Below, in pieces: positions 18,959 to 28,525 of a DNA stretch of 60,641 nucleotides. Each line of letters starts with the position of its first letter. Position 1 is the stretch's first letter. Below the pieces are notes generated by a model, which did not search any database, was not told the DNA's origin, and saw nothing but the letters and a program-made list of their open reading frames with translations. Source of the DNA: Promethearchaeota archaeon (GTDB lineage Archaea > Asgardarchaeota > Heimdallarchaeia > Hodarchaeales > Hodarchaeaceae); the NCBI GenBank assembly GCA_048939265.1, contig JBHLPQ010000002.1, forward strand, positions 1 through 60,641, given 5' to 3'. Position numbers and translations under genes: made by a program.

Positions 18959-20074
18959 ATGAGAAAATTAATGATAGTTGAGATCGAAAATAGTTATTTA
19001 AATCTCTTCACGCCTGCAGTGATTGTGGCAGCAGGTTACTTCCTCTTCAATCTCATGTTTTGGCTTATACTTTTGATAGCGTTGTTATTGATTGATGTCG
19101 AAAATCCATTCCGAATATGGTCATTCATAACAATTTTCGCGAATTTCTCAGTGTGTGTAATTATCTATTTGATTATCATTCCAAAACTAAAAATTCGAGA
19201 TACTGAATATAAGGAAGCCACTCCGATTAACTTTGCAGTTGTGGGCCTGGTGACCTGTATGACAATTTTTTCTCAAGCGCTGTTAAAAGGCTTAGCCGAA
19301 TTGTTTGATATTGGATGGATTTATCAGTTTCCGATTCCTGAAAACCTGGAAGATCCAGCTTTTGAAATATTATACCTCTTTTTGCTGTTGATGAGTATTG
19401 CTCTTTTTACAGAGCTATTTTCTCGGCGAACAACAATCCCATTATTGGAAGATCGGGGGGTGAGGCCTGTTTATGCAGTAATATTATCGAGTCTAGGAAA
19501 TGGTCTCATCATTCTACCTTTGTATATAATCCAAATATTTCAAATACGCCTAAATATGCCATCTATGGTATTAGAATTTACTTCAATCGCCGTTTTTGGA
19601 TTTTTCGCAGGAATTACCTACATTATAACCCGAAATATCCTATTTCCTATCTTGGTTGGATTTTTATACAATTCTTATGAGATGATTGGCTTGTTAGGAA
19701 GATCGTTAGAGATTGAAATGCTAGTAACCATATTTAATCTAATATTCATCATTTCTTGTTTAGTAACCATTCTATGTGGAGTTTTTGCCATTTGGAGATT
19801 TAGAGGCAAAAACTCAGTGAATGAACTCATTAGAAAAATGAAATTGCGTTCCGCACAAAAGATTCAACGGGGAATAATAGGATTTTTCTTGATTTCCATT
19901 GGCTTGTTAGTGTTTCAAGCTCTAGCTGTTATAGTTGTTAGACATTTAACGGATAGCTGGAACAATCCAAGTAATCTATTTCCCGGGTATGTGGTAGGTA
20001 TCACAATATTTTATCTGATTGCCTCGGTTATCCCGTTCTTTTTAACGGTCTCCACGGAATATGCCCGCGATTAG
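18959..20074 (+). CDS. Polytopic membrane protein, possible CPBP (CAAX-type) intramembrane protease family
   Basis: 371 aa, >8 TM helices. FTELFSRR resembles the CPBP EExxxR motif; the family call is weak. Follows the ArsR gene by 44 nt. Confidence 0.5.
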   Translation: MRKLMIVEIENSYLNLFTPAVIVAAGYFLFNLMFWLILLIALLLIDVENPFRIWSFITIFANFSVCVIIYLIIIPKLKIRDTEYKEATPINFAVVGLVTCMTIFSQALLKGLAELFDIGWIYQFPIPENLEDPAFEILYLFLLLMSIALFTELFSRRTTIPLLEDRGVRPVYAVILSSLGNGLIILPLYIIQIFQIRLNMPSMVLEFTSIAVFGFFAGITYIITRNILFPILVGFLYNSYEMIGLLGRSLEIEMLVTIFNLIFIISCLVTILCGVFAIWRFRGKNSVNELIRKMKLRSAQKIQRGIIGFFLISIGLLVFQALAVIVVRHLTDSWNNPSNLFPGYVVGITIFYLIASVIPFFLTVSTEYARD

Positions 20075-20087
20075 AACGGGATAAGTG

Positions 20088-20137
20088 TAAAAATCTCAAG
20101 TTCCACAAGAAGTTAGCCTAGGTGCGATTAGTGGGAG
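20088..20137 (+). repeat. R element, 3' part only
   Basis: AAAAATCTCAAGTTCCACAAGAAGTTAGCCTAGGTGCGATTAGTGGGAG, between convergent genes. Confidence 0.7.
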
Positions 20138-20196
20138 GAAATAATGTTATAAAGCAAGTTATTGCGTATCATTTCTATTTCTGAATCTATGATTGT

Positions 20197-21273
20197 CTAA
20201 CATCGATTGTCGCGATGAAAGAAAAGGATCACAAACAATAATCCAATGATGGATAAGAATAAACCGATTCTAATCAAAATGGGCGTGGGTCTGGTTATTG
20301 GAAAAGTTCTATCAAACTCCCAAAAGATTTCATCTTCTCCATTATCGCGGCAGGTGTTGTTAACTATAATGGAAGAGGTATATGAATAACCAAGGTAGAG
20401 GCCGTACTCATGATTGTGGTTACAGGTGTTATTGGTTACAATTGAAGAATCAGAACGGTAAAGGTAAATGCCAATCCAACCATTGTGGTTACTGGTGTTG
20501 TTGGTTACAGTCGAAGAATTAGAAAAAATAAGGTAGATACCCTGGTCATTATAGTTACAATTGTTGTTGACTACAGACGCAGCATCAGAAGAACTAACGA
20601 AAATGCCATGATTATCGTTGTGGTTGCAGGTATTATTAGCTAGATTCGAAGTTTCGGATCCTCCAAGGGAAATGCCAGATAAACTATTGTTGTTACAGGT
20701 GTTGTTGGCAACAATTGAAGAATGAGAACGAAAGAGGGATATTCCAGTCCCAACATTGCTACTGCAAGTGTTGTTAACAACAACCGAAACACTTGCAGAA
20801 GACAGGCGGATACTAGAATACCTATTGTCATTGCAGGTGTTGTTGGTAATAGTAGTTAGACCTGGGGGAACATCTTCCACAAATATACCATGGGTGTTTG
20901 AACTGCCAATGACACAATTCTCTATTCTATAATGCTTCGTTATCCCCGTGATATAAATCCCATGAACTGTAGCACCAGAAATATTCCAATTAGCAATAAT
21001 GTAAGGATCCATTGCCGTTCCTGAACCACTATTCGCCACAGCAGCTAGTTCATTATTGTTGGTAATAGCAATGGGGTCATGGTTAATGTAACGTTGTGAA
21101 ACAGATCTGTTGGCTGAATTTAACGAGGTCGATAGAGTATTTTGGTCTGGAGAGAGAGAGATGCTCAAAGTAACCAACAAAAGAGTGAATAATAATCGAA
21201 CTGCAGAAAAGCTGGTTCTCCTCCTTGACACCTTACGCATAAAGAGCATTTCTTTCCAAATATTCTGAAGCAT
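20197..21273 (-). CDS. Anchored beta-helix repeat protein (NNTCN.N repeats)
   Basis: 358 aa; signal/anchor; about ten tandem ~22-aa repeats (VVNNTCSSNVGTGISLFRSHSS...); C-terminal TM. Confidence 0.75.
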   Translation of the reverse strand: MLQNIWKEMLFMRKVSRRRTSFSAVRLLFTLLLVTLSISLSPDQNTLSTSLNSANRSVSQRYINHDPIAITNNNELAAVANSGSGTAMDPYIIANWNISGATVHGIYITGITKHYRIENCVIGSSNTHGIFVEDVPPGLTTITNNTCNDNRYSSIRLSSASVSVVVNNTCSSNVGTGISLFRSHSSIVANNTCNNNSLSGISLGGSETSNLANNTCNHNDNHGIFVSSSDAASVVNNNCNYNDQGIYLIFSNSSTVTNNTSNHNGWIGIYLYRSDSSIVTNNTCNHNHEYGLYLGYSYTSSIIVNNTCRDNGEDEIFWEFDRTFPITRPTPILIRIGLFLSIIGLLFVILFFHRDNRC

Positions 21274-21408
21274 TTCCAGATATTAAGTACATTCAAATAT
21301 TTAAATTTTCAGATCATATTAAAAAGTCTCTCCTAGGCGTTTATTCACTAAAAGTGAGTAACTCATCCAGAATAATTCTCCTAGAATGAATCTTTATAAG
21401 AGTTATAT

Positions 21409-21430
21409 AAGATTGCAAAATCTTTTAAAT
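21409..21430. promoter_or_regulatory. Palindrome AAGATTGCAAAATCTT overlapping the TATA-like box of family-A paralog 3
   Basis: AAGATT-GCAA-AATCTT (21409-21424) runs into CTTTTAAAT (21422-21430), ~85 nt upstream of ATG 21514. A near-identical arrangement occurs at 30666-30688. Confidence 0.4.
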
Positions 21431-21501
21431 CCGATGTTTATCTTTTTGTCAGTTAAGAGTGGAATAGAGTTTAAATTTTCTAAGCGTTTTTCTTTTCAGA
21501 G

Positions 21502-23040
21502 ATGAGTAGTGAGATGGTTCGTCCAGGTCGGGAGAGTTTTAAACGCTTCCTTAAAACCATTCTTAACCAGCTACCAGCTCATGTTGAACAATATATAGCA
21601 CAAGATCAAGAATTGTTGAACGATTTCTTATCAGTACTTCAACATCATGAAGAGGCTGAATTTCAGAGAAAAAAACTTTCAAAGCGGTTTGAAAGGTATA
21701 TTAAGAGCATTTCTGGAACGGATCAATACTTACAAACTCCTTTCCTATGGTTTTCTTTCACTTACTTTTCTAATGCAAGATTATTGTTAAGTGTATCAAG
21801 ATTTCATGCAAATTTATTCTATGAATACTTGGTAAAACATCTTCGGGGTAACAATGGAAATCCTGGAGTTTATAGGCTAGTATGTGAAAATACTCCCTTA
21901 TCAGATCTCACATGGGAGCAATTACAGCATGAAAGCAATAAACTCATTGTCCCACTTACTGAAGACCAACTACAAATATTAAATACAGTATATTCTTTTA
22001 CTAAGGAAGCAGGAATATATTCATTGGATCCTCAGAAGCTTCGAGAGGCTATTGTTAAACAGGTGAGTTTTCCAAGAAACCAGAAGCCATTTGATGAGCT
22101 AAAACGATTTTTCACTCGTGTTAATGGACGGTGGGCCTTACATTTCTTTTCCCACGTTTTTGGTTTGGATCGTTTAAATATCCAGATAGAACTCCAAGAA
22201 TCTACTTCATTAGAGGAAATAATCGATTTTAATGACACTGAAAACACGGTCTTAACCATAAGCGATGTATTTGAAGTTAGGGGTCAAGCAGAGAATTATA
22301 TTATGACCCTATATGTCCCCATTCAGGCAGTTGACTGTCTAGAAAGATATTTTCTGAATCGTGAGAAAGAGAGATCCTTAATCCTAAAGGACATGTCAAG
22401 GGTAATAACCACTAATATAAGTGCCTCTCTAAACCAGTATAAAGCGAATGTTGGATGGATTGAACCAACACAAACGCAAATACAAAGAATCACACGAATA
22501 TTAAGATCAACACGACCCCCCAACTCTAAACTCTTCTATCATCCACCGTTTAATAATCATTGGGATTTCAAACAGCACCCACTTCCCGTTGAGATAATTA
22601 AGCTTTATAGTAATATCCCCTTAGATTATTCATACTCCAATCTACCATTAAACAATCATCAGGATTTGACACATCTGACTAGAAAAGAAATTGGGCTGTT
22701 AAAGCAATTATATTATAATAGAGTAGTGTACACGGGATTTGTCCCATGGCGATTAGTATACGAATTTTCACTTGATTTATATGGCATAAATTTACCTAAG
22801 ATCCCCTTTATCCAGCTTCAACAGTTCTTAATTCTGATTCCCTTTAGCCAAATCTATTTCACAGAGAAATTAATTCATATTCGTGCTCGTGTAACTCCTA
22901 AACTCGTTCGTTGGATAGAAAGAGACCTTGAATGGACGATTTTTCCAATAATAAGGAAACAATATCGTCTTGATCTTGAGTTTAATTGGTTTGATTCAGA
23001 ATTACTTCAGTGGAGAACTCCAGGAATTATAGACCAATAG
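21502..23040 (+). CDS. Family-A paralog 3
   Basis: 512-aa ORF; probable start is ATG 21514 (MVRPGRESFKRF). Confidence 0.9.
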   Translation: MSSEMVRPGRESFKRFLKTILNQLPAHVEQYIAQDQELLNDFLSVLQHHEEAEFQRKKLSKRFERYIKSISGTDQYLQTPFLWFSFTYFSNARLLLSVSRFHANLFYEYLVKHLRGNNGNPGVYRLVCENTPLSDLTWEQLQHESNKLIVPLTEDQLQILNTVYSFTKEAGIYSLDPQKLREAIVKQVSFPRNQKPFDELKRFFTRVNGRWALHFFSHVFGLDRLNIQIELQESTSLEEIIDFNDTENTVLTISDVFEVRGQAENYIMTLYVPIQAVDCLERYFLNREKERSLILKDMSRVITTNISASLNQYKANVGWIEPTQTQIQRITRILRSTRPPNSKLFYHPPFNNHWDFKQHPLPVEIIKLYSNIPLDYSYSNLPLNNHQDLTHLTRKEIGLLKQLYYNRVVYTGFVPWRLVYEFSLDLYGINLPKIPFIQLQQFLILIPFSQIYFTEKLIHIRARVTPKLVRWIERDLEWTIFPIIRKQYRLDLEFNWFDSELLQWRTPGIIDQ

Positions 23041-23084
23041 AAAAAAAAGAAGAAAGGAGGAGGTAACTTCTAACAAGTTAAACC

Positions 23085-23120
23085 TCATTTTGGATTATCT
23101 CCACCATCTTGCGGGGGCAT
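23085..23120 (-). CDS. Candidate convergent micro-ORF (11 aa: MPPQDGGDNPK)
   Basis: ATG 23120. Minus-strand TTTATAAA (23155-23148) lies 27 nt upstream, with GGTTGAAAAAAAG before the ATG. A hairpin AGGT(TT)AAC..GTTACCT follows, then a T-run (= A-run 23041-23048) abutting the A3 stop. Confidence 0.35.
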   Translation of the reverse strand: MPPQDGGDNPK

Positions 23121-23374
23121 CTTTTTTTCAACCTCGAGTATTTTGCCTTTATAAACACCCAAAAATTCTGAAGAGAAACCTTCTTTTTCGCAGATTGCAC
23201 CATTAAAAGCACCTAAATATTCGTGTTTTAGGCAAAAACCACTATTTCTGAAAAAAATGATTTATAAACCTAACGGAATCGAGATCTTCCCTTAACCATT
23301 ATAAGGATCCAAATTTGGCAAATCCCCGAAATTAACAAAATAGGGAGGTAATGAAATCACCTAGCGATACTAAT

Positions 23375-23462
23375 CTGAAGAAGAACTCCAACAAACACCT
23401 TTCGGATCGACAACCGAGAATCCGTCATATTGACAGCGGAGCTAACTTATCTGGGATATAAC
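23375..23462 (+). other. Conserved non-coding block shared with 42329-42442
   Basis: CACCTTTCGGATCGACAACCGAGAATCCGTCATATTGACAGCGGAGCTAACTTATCTGGGATATAAC is ~87% identical over 67 nt to the block after paralog 5. It contains nested inverted repeats TCGG..CCGA and CGGAT..ATCCG. Confidence 0.6.
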
Positions 23463-23580
23463 ATAGAAAATGTGTTCTTTGAGGCGGGGGATTTCGAAGG
23501 AAAGACGCTCACAGGAGAAATCAAGCGAGATAAGGATTTCTATCAATAGATAGTCGATTAATAGTGTAGATCGGTCATTA
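23445..23580 (+). repeat. R element-like, degenerate
   Basis: ACTTATCTGGGATATAAC...GGATTTCGAAGGAAAGACGCTCACAGGAGAAATCAAGCGAG...CGATTAATAGTGTAGA parallels the R order (ACTTG.., hairpin region, AATCAAGGCG, CGATTAGTGGGAG). Confidence 0.4.
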
Positions 23581-23901
23581 TCAGCTATCGATCTTCTACT
23601 TCCTAACAATTTCCTATGTTACTCGTTTAACTTCTTCATTATCATCTTTACATAAATTGAAGATTACCTCAATACAATGGAGGCCAGGTCCGTGCTATTA
23701 TTTCTAAACCAATTCTTTGAACTATAAGCGAATTTATTAAGGATTAGTGTAATCTATGATGATTAGAGGTAAAAGGCAAAAAACTATATCTATAACTAAT
23801 GAATTTCAGCCAAAGGATGGAGTAATAAAAATACTCTAATATAGCAAAAATCTCACAGTAATTAGTTTCGTCTTATCTAATACCAGTTGATCTAGAGGAT
23901 A

Positions 23902-25128
23902 TTGAAAATGGTGAAAATTATTGTGCTAGGAGGATCTGGTGTTGTAGGGCAGGTAGCGATTAAGACGCTTAGTACATTTTCTGAAGTTTCAGAAGTGATC
24001 ATAGGAGATATCAACATCAGAAAAGCCCATGAGGTAGCTGAAGAGGTAAATTCAGACAAAGTTGTTGTTTGTGAAGTCGATGTCACCGACTCCAAATCCC
24101 TCCAGAATGTAATAAGGGATGTTGATATCGTCGTGAATTGTGTCGGCCCCTTCTATAAATTTGGTCCCCTTATTCTAAAATCAACAATAGAAACAGGAAG
24201 AAACTATGTTGATATTAATGATGATGTAGACGCAACCCAAGAAGCACTCAAAATGGATAATGCCGCAAAAAAAATGAATATCACCGCGTTGATTGGGATG
24301 GGTAGTTCTCCTGGGATCACGAATCTCTTGGCAAAATTCGCTGCTGATCAATTGCTAGATGAAGTGAATTCGATTGATCTCTATCATGCACATGGGGGGG
24401 AACCATTTGAAGGACCTGGAGTAATTTATCATCGAATTCACTCTATGAGCATGGATATCCCAGTTTTTCTAAAAGGTAAGTTTGTCTCAGTTGGGTTCTT
24501 TGACAACAGTGGAAGAGCATTAGAAGAGGAAATAGATTTTCTGAAACTTGGAAAATATCGAGTCCATCCATATCCACATCCAGAAACAATCACTCTGCCT
24601 AAATATATCAAAGATGTCACGCGAGTCACAAACAAAGGAACAGTAATCCCCTCGGAATATTTCTATCTGATTTCTAACCTGGTTAAACTAGGGCTTACTG
24701 ATGAAGAACCATTGAATGTAAAAGGAAACATAATCACTCCCCTTGATTTCACCATTTCATACATCATTAAACAGCGAGAGAGAATATTAAAGGAAACAAA
24801 TTTTGGCTCCCAACGGGGGTGTGTAAAGATTGTGGTGAAAGGGAAAAAAGATGAAAAAACTCACACGTATATATTCTCATTGGCATCAGAGAACCAGGCA
24901 ATGGGAGAAGCAACAGGTATCCCTGCGGCTATCGGCGCGGTACTACTAAATAGAAAAAAAGTCACAAAGAGAGGCGTTTTACCACCAGAAGCGTGTGTTA
25001 ATCCTCTAGACTTTCTAAATGTTATGCAAGAACATCTTGGACTGGAAACTGCTAGTGGACAAGGTTCCCCCCTAACAATTGAATCCATTGACGATGAGAA
25101 GAATAGCGAGATAATTACTCTTCAGTAA
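23902..25128 (+). CDS. Saccharopine dehydrogenase-family NAD(P) oxidoreductase
   Basis: Rossmann N-terminus MVKIIVLGGSGVVGQVA (likely start ATG 23908); VVNCVGPFYKFG; ~400 aa. Confidence 0.75.
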   Translation: MKMVKIIVLGGSGVVGQVAIKTLSTFSEVSEVIIGDINIRKAHEVAEEVNSDKVVVCEVDVTDSKSLQNVIRDVDIVVNCVGPFYKFGPLILKSTIETGRNYVDINDDVDATQEALKMDNAAKKMNITALIGMGSSPGITNLLAKFAADQLLDEVNSIDLYHAHGGEPFEGPGVIYHRIHSMSMDIPVFLKGKFVSVGFFDNSGRALEEEIDFLKLGKYRVHPYPHPETITLPKYIKDVTRVTNKGTVIPSEYFYLISNLVKLGLTDEEPLNVKGNIITPLDFTISYIIKQRERILKETNFGSQRGCVKIVVKGKKDEKTHTYIFSLASENQAMGEATGIPAAIGAVLLNRKKVTKRGVLPPEACVNPLDFLNVMQEHLGLETASGQGSPLTIESIDDEKNSEIITLQ

Positions 25129-25139
25129 AAAGGATAGGT

Positions 25140-26711
25140 ATGTCAGACCAAAACAATAAATATGTATTGGCATTCGATCATGGAACATCAGGTGTAAAAG
25201 CTGCCATTTGTTCGATGTACGGAGAAGTTTTAGATTTTGTTTTTGAAAAGACACCAGTCTATCTGATAGGAAAGAGTGGTGCTGAACAAGATCCTGATGA
25301 ATGGTGGAAAGCTATAATTACAACTGCACATCAGCTGATTGATAAAGATATAGTTCCCATTGATAATATCGTTGCGATATCCTGTTCAAGCCAATGGTCT
25401 GGGACAATTCCTGTGGACGCTGATGGAAATCATTTGATGAATGCAATTATCTGGATGGACTCACGAGGAGCCCCCTACCTTAGAAAAACATTGAAAGGGT
25501 TCCCAAAGATTTCGGGGTACCCATTGAAAGACATAGTTAGATTTATTTATAAAACAGGTGGAGCGCCAGGGTTATCAGGGAAGGATCCAATTTCCCATAT
25601 ATTGTATATTAAAAATGAACTTCCAGAGATTTATGATCAAACCTACAAATTCCTCGACTGTGTTGATTATCTAAATCTAAAATTCTCAGGAAAATTCGTG
25701 GCTTCAACGGGATCGATTACCCTCCATTGGGTCACAAATACTCGTAATATCCATAATGTTAAGTATGATAATTCCTTAATAAAACGGTTTAAACTTGATG
25801 GTACCAAATTACCTGAATTAAAAGATCCTACAGAGATTTTAGGAACTGTAAAGACGACTGTTGCCGATAAATTAGGTATCAATCCAAATACAAAGATAGC
25901 AATGGGTGCTCCAGACCTACTTTCTGCAATAATTGGTTCAGGAGCAGTAAAGGATTATCAAGGACATATCTATATTGGAACTAGTTCCTGGGTCATTTGT
26001 CACGTTCCCTATAAAAAAACTGATATTTCCCACAATATGGTTTCAATTCCTGCAATTATTCCTGGAAAATATTTCGTTGTCAATGAACAGGAAAGTGCTG
26101 GAGCGTGTTTAAATTTCTTACGTGATAATATTCTCTATATTGATGACGAGAAGTACTTTGGAAATCCCGCCGTGTATAACGTATTTGATAAAATTGTGGA
26201 AAATGCCCCAGTTGGCAGTGGTGGAGTCATCTTTACTCCGTGGCTTTATGGGGAACGAACACCTATTGAAGACCATACGGTTCGTGGGGGTTTGTTTAAT
26301 CTTTCTCTAAACACCAAAAAAGAACATTTAATCAGAGCAGTATTTGAAGGGGTAGCCTATAATACTAGGTGGGTCTTGAGATATGTTGAAGCCTTTATCA
26401 AGAGAAAAATGGATCCATTGAACATTATTGGTGGTGGTGCGCAATCTGATGTTTGGTGTCAGATTTATGCTGATGTATTGGACAGAACTATTCAACGGGT
26501 CGAGGATCCAATTCAAGCAAACGCTAGGGGAGCCGCTTTTCTTGCTTCTGTTGCTTTAGGATACATAACTTTTAATGACATTCCTAATCTCATTCAGTAT
26601 TCCACCATTTTTCATCCCAATCCAAAGCATGTTGAAATCTACAACCGCCTTTTCCCAGAATTTTTATCGATTTATAAGAATAATAGAAAAATGTACAAAC
26701 GATTGAACTGA
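25140..26711 (+). CDS. FGGY-family carbohydrate kinase (xylulokinase/glycerol kinase-like)
   Basis: 523 aa; YVLAFDHGTSGVKAAI N-terminal motif and GGGAQSDVWCQIYADVL C-terminal motif. Confidence 0.9.
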   Translation: MSDQNNKYVLAFDHGTSGVKAAICSMYGEVLDFVFEKTPVYLIGKSGAEQDPDEWWKAIITTAHQLIDKDIVPIDNIVAISCSSQWSGTIPVDADGNHLMNAIIWMDSRGAPYLRKTLKGFPKISGYPLKDIVRFIYKTGGAPGLSGKDPISHILYIKNELPEIYDQTYKFLDCVDYLNLKFSGKFVASTGSITLHWVTNTRNIHNVKYDNSLIKRFKLDGTKLPELKDPTEILGTVKTTVADKLGINPNTKIAMGAPDLLSAIIGSGAVKDYQGHIYIGTSSWVICHVPYKKTDISHNMVSIPAIIPGKYFVVNEQESAGACLNFLRDNILYIDDEKYFGNPAVYNVFDKIVENAPVGSGGVIFTPWLYGERTPIEDHTVRGGLFNLSLNTKKEHLIRAVFEGVAYNTRWVLRYVEAFIKRKMDPLNIIGGGAQSDVWCQIYADVLDRTIQRVEDPIQANARGAAFLASVALGYITFNDIPNLIQYSTIFHPNPKHVEIYNRLFPEFLSIYKNNRKMYKRLN

Positions 26712-26802
26712 AGACTGTGAAAACAAAAATTCTCTGATCTTAAAAGGTTGAAGAAGAAAATGGTTCATCTCAAAGCAATCTTCTTTCTTAATCCTTCCCC
26801 TG

Positions 26803-26878
26803 TGACAGATTTGGTGCCTGAAGCCACCTGACGACCGGTCCGTGTCTTATACTCTGGAGAGAACAATTCACGTCAATC
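26803..26878 (+). repeat. R element-like, degenerate with insertion
   Basis: GACAGATTTGGTGCCTGAAGCCACCTGACGA..[insert]..GAGAGAACAATTCACGTCAATCG resembles the 46261 copy (CCTGAAGCCATCTGACGAGAGAACCATCTCAATTTCACACGG). Confidence 0.35.
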
Positions 26879-26947
26879 GTCTCGTGCATAAAGGACAGCT
26901 CTAGCAAATCCATGAATGTAGTGATAAACTTCATATAGTAGGAATAA

Positions 26948-27253
26948 GTGATGACTAACGATCTACCTCTTGATTTAAAGAGGGAATGTGAAATCAAAAT
27001 AAAAACGTCAAAATCTGAAGGCCCAAAGAAAAAACTTACCCCCCTCGGATGGATTTTGTCTATAGGTGGAATGATGTTAGCAGTCTTATCCTATTTTCTT
27101 CTTGACATTGGACAGTTCTTTCTCGAGCTAAATGGCGTACTAGGATTAAACGAGACTTACTGGGTTATCATAGGAGGGGTAGTTTGGCTTTTCGTCATAA
27201 TGGCCATTTTAACCCCAATCATATTGAAACTAGGGACAAAAACCATTGCTTGA
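26948..27253 (+). CDS. Small membrane protein
   Basis: 101 aa with two TM helices. Confidence 0.55.
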   Translation: MMTNDLPLDLKRECEIKIKTSKSEGPKKKLTPLGWILSIGGMMLAVLSYFLLDIGQFFLELNGVLGLNETYWVIIGGVVWLFVIMAILTPIILKLGTKTIA

Positions 27254-27325
27254 GATCTCAAGAAATAGAACATTAAACATCAGACAAAATACTCTGAGTT
27301 TAAAATCCTGAGAGGAGCTGATGTA

Positions 27326-28525
27326 ATGAGATTTCCAATGGAGCAGGAGCAATTATACCATTCATCAATTCGGGATGAGCTCAGTACTAGAATCAATACA
27401 ATCACCCCTTCTTATCGTATACTACCTATCGATTTTGTGAGAGGGGTAGTTATGGTTTTAATGGCGTTAGACCACACTTCACTATTTTGGAACTTAGGTC
27501 ATGATGCAGGTGAAGGGCTACAAGGATATAGGCCCATATTTATGGATTTATTTCAATTTATGACTCGCTTTGTTACTCATTATTGCACACCAACTTTCAT
27601 CTTCCTAGCAGGTACTGGAATAGCTTTAAGTGAAATAAAACAGAAAGAAAAAGGCTCAACTCAACAAGAAATAACACTTCACTTTATTATTCGAGGAGCT
27701 ATCCTTCTAGGTCTGGCGTGGACACTAATTGTTTGGATATTTCAAGCAGATCCATTCTATTTTGGTGTCTTAGCCTGTATTGGTGTAGGATTTCTTATCT
27801 TTGCATTTGGTCGTAAAATCCCTGTGAAGACAATATTGGTTTTATCAACAGGTTTTATATTATTATCTCCAATAATTTGGCTCCCTATCAGTGGATACCT
27901 AAATATCCTCTTTCAAAGTCCAGAATGGCCGTATGGTATGTATCCACTAAAACCATGGTTAGGAGTGATGGGACTAGGGTATGTATTTGGACATTATTTG
28001 CAGGGACAGAATAATTCTGACTCAAAGAATCGTATTGCTACTCAATTAACACTTCTAGGTGGAGGATTAATTATTTTTTTCTTTACTTTAAGATGGTTCA
28101 GCTTCCTCAAGGTTACATTGATTCCAAATGCAGAAGCAGGATGGCCTGCGAACTATCTTCCTCCAGAAAGCTCGGCTCTTGAACATTTTTTTCTCTTATC
28201 AAAATACCCCCCAAGTATCGTCTTCCTTCTTTGGACGATTGGTGGCATGTTTATAGTTCTGGGACTCGCCTTCTATCTTCAATCTCACCAGTGGTTTAAA
28301 AAATGGACAAAACCTCTCGTTATATTTGGAACAACTCCCCTCTATTTCTATTGCGCTCATCTGTACCTGTATGGCACCATTCCACGCCTCCTAGGACAAG
28401 CTCTTTTCCCCCTACCGATCCCCCTCTTCGTATGGGCAGTGGGATTAGTCACTTTATTTCCATCATGTCTATTATTTCGAGAAATCAAGAATAATCATCC
28501 AAATTCTTGGGTGAAATATTTTTAA
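27326..28525 (+). CDS. DUF1624/heparan-alpha-glucosaminide N-acetyltransferase-like membrane acyltransferase
   Basis: 399 aa, polytopic; LPIDFVRGVVMVLMALDHT signature near the N-terminus. Confidence 0.65.
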   Translation: MRFPMEQEQLYHSSIRDELSTRINTITPSYRILPIDFVRGVVMVLMALDHTSLFWNLGHDAGEGLQGYRPIFMDLFQFMTRFVTHYCTPTFIFLAGTGIALSEIKQKEKGSTQQEITLHFIIRGAILLGLAWTLIVWIFQADPFYFGVLACIGVGFLIFAFGRKIPVKTILVLSTGFILLSPIIWLPISGYLNILFQSPEWPYGMYPLKPWLGVMGLGYVFGHYLQGQNNSDSKNRIATQLTLLGGGLIIFFFTLRWFSFLKVTLIPNAEAGWPANYLPPESSALEHFFLLSKYPPSIVFLLWTIGGMFIVLGLAFYLQSHQWFKKWTKPLVIFGTTPLYFYCAHLYLYGTIPRLLGQALFPLPIPLFVWAVGLVTLFPSCLLFREIKNNHPNSWVKYF

